Source: Malacoraja senta
Lineage: Eukaryota
Length of the DNA: 64,000 nt
NCBI GenBank assembly: GCA_038087875.1
Contig: CM075987.1
Span: 23,748,001-23,812,000, forward strand
Direction: 5' to 3'
Within the stretch, counting starts at the first letter, position 1, and the number at the start of each line of letters is the position of its first letter. Below, piece by piece: positions 62,552 through 64,000 of this stretch. Below the pieces are notes generated by a model. That model worked only from the letters and a program-made list of their open reading frames with translations. It did not search any database and was not told the DNA's origin. The position numbers and the translations under genes were made by a program.

Positions 62552-63539
62552 GCGAGTGTAGACTGCATCGGCCTGAGCCTCTGTGGGGACAGGCATCCCA
62601 CTCTAGCTGGTCTGAAGTCGGGGTCAGAAGTTGGGTCGTCCCACTCAAGCTGGCCAAGTGGGCGATCATGGTGGCATAGCGGAAGAATTGCTGCCTTACA
62701 GACCCGGGTTCGATCCCGACTACGGGTGCTGTCTGTACGGAGTTCGTACGTTCTCCCCGTGACCTGCGTGGGTTTTCTCCGAGATCTTCGGTTTCCTCCC
62801 ACACTCCAAAGACGTACAGGTTTGTAGGTTAATTGGCTTGGTGTATGTGTGTAAATTGTCTCTAGCGCGTGTAGGATAGTGGGATCGCTGGTCGGCGCGG
62901 ACTGGGTGGGCCGAAGGGCCTGTTTCCACACTGTATCTCTAAACTAATCTAAACTAAAGTCTCCGTTGCAAGGGGTTGGAGATCAATGTGATGCAGTCCT
63001 TGCAACCTCACCGCAATTCAGTAGGTTGGAGGCTGAAAACTAGTGTGAATCACAAGTCAGGTGTCAGTCAGGACTTGTGTCTCAGGCATTGTGTCATTGT
63101 GTCCTGGTTTAGTTCAGAGATACAGGCCCTTCGGCCCACCAGGTCCACGCTGACCAGCGATCCCCCGCAAACTAACACTATCCTACACACGCACTGGGGA
63201 CAATTTACAATGATACCAAGCCGAATAACCTACTTTGGAGTGCGGGTGGAGACCGGCGACCCTGGAGAAAACCCACGCAGGTCATGGGGAGAACTTGCAA
63301 ACTCCGTACAGACAGCAAGCACCCCGTGCACCCCAGCAATGTCTCCTGTCTTCCTGAGCCTCACGGTTGAGGAGGATTTGCACTCACTGGCCTATTTTGC
63401 CCCTTAACCCACGACCAAGTAACCTCTCAACCTTCAGCCCTCCTGCCGATGTTACTGGCACCTAGAGTCAACTTCCTCATCTAATGTGCAACCAAACGCG
63501 GAGTTGCAACTCTGAGCCTGCGATGTGTTTCCTTCCTAG

Positions 63540-63608
63540 GAGCTGCTGAGCCATTCCAACGATCGCCCTGAGAAGCAGCAATTGAAGGAGGCACTGGAGG
63601 CGATGCAG
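63540..63608 (+). CDS. VAV2: VAV2 exon (approx. exon 12), end of DH domain: [23 protein letters not shown]
   Basis: tgtttccttcctag acceptor and GTGAGG donor. 69 bp. Matches [23 protein letters not shown]. Confidence 0.95.
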
Positions 63609-64000
63609 GTGAGGCCTGGAGACCACTGTGCCTGCAGGAAGAATGCATTTAGTTGGAATATGGCAGCTTGTCATTTATGGATTTCTTCCCTTTTCCTTAA
63701 ATCTTCTCCGGTGTCTACTTTCATTCATACAGCAAGTCCATAAGTCATAGGAGAAGAATTAGGCCATTCGGCCCATCAAGTCTACTCCGCCATTCAATCA
63801 TGGCTGATCTGTCATTCCTTCTCAACCCCATTCTCCTGCCTTCTCCCCGTAACCCCTGACACCCGTCCTAATCAAGGATCTATCAATCTCTGCCGTAAAA
63901 ATATCCATTTTGGCCACAAAAGCCTTCAATGGCAATGAATTCCGCAGATTCCCCACCCTCTGACTAAAGAAATTCCTCCTCATCGGCTCGAACGGGGCGA

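Larger units (their letters stand above)
57462..62571 (+). repeat. Diverged local duplication: 57462-57843 homologous to 61600-62457, then the exon copy 62455-62571
   Basis: Co-linear matches such as gaacacttgc, tcgctgccagcgac, gctggcacac, caatggacc and gctgcacct.ctccacgttcagagattc. Confidence 0.85.

Overview
Eukaryotic, repeat-dense vertebrate DNA. The repeat set (HE1-type V-SINEs, HER1/CR1 LINEs, Penelope fragments) points to a cartilaginous fish, probably a skate or ray. The window lies inside a + strand VAV2 gene (Rho-family GEF). It holds six complete exons and one partial exon covering the end of the CH domain, the acidic region and the DH domain: 42569-42627, 46975-47043, a partial exon at 48507-48537, 51387-51487, 58724-58823, 60892-60987 and 63540-63608. 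A 200-N assembly gap hides further exons. The first ~42.5 kb appears to be one long intron. The introns hold a young full-length Gypsy (Mag-like) LTR element with tRNA-Leu PBS and 5-bp TSD, two other LTR remnants, and a 5'-truncated Penelope element (RT + GIY-YIG). There are dozens of short Penelope-terminal modules carrying a hammerhead-ribozyme core, plus MULE, P/hAT-like and PIF/Harbinger-like MITEs, L1/Tx1/Rex1 fragments, microsatellites and two local duplications, one of which left a decayed copy of a VAV2 DH exon. Most short ORFs in the supplied track are repeat-derived or spurious. Exon numbers follow my recollection of human VAV2 and were not verified by alignment.
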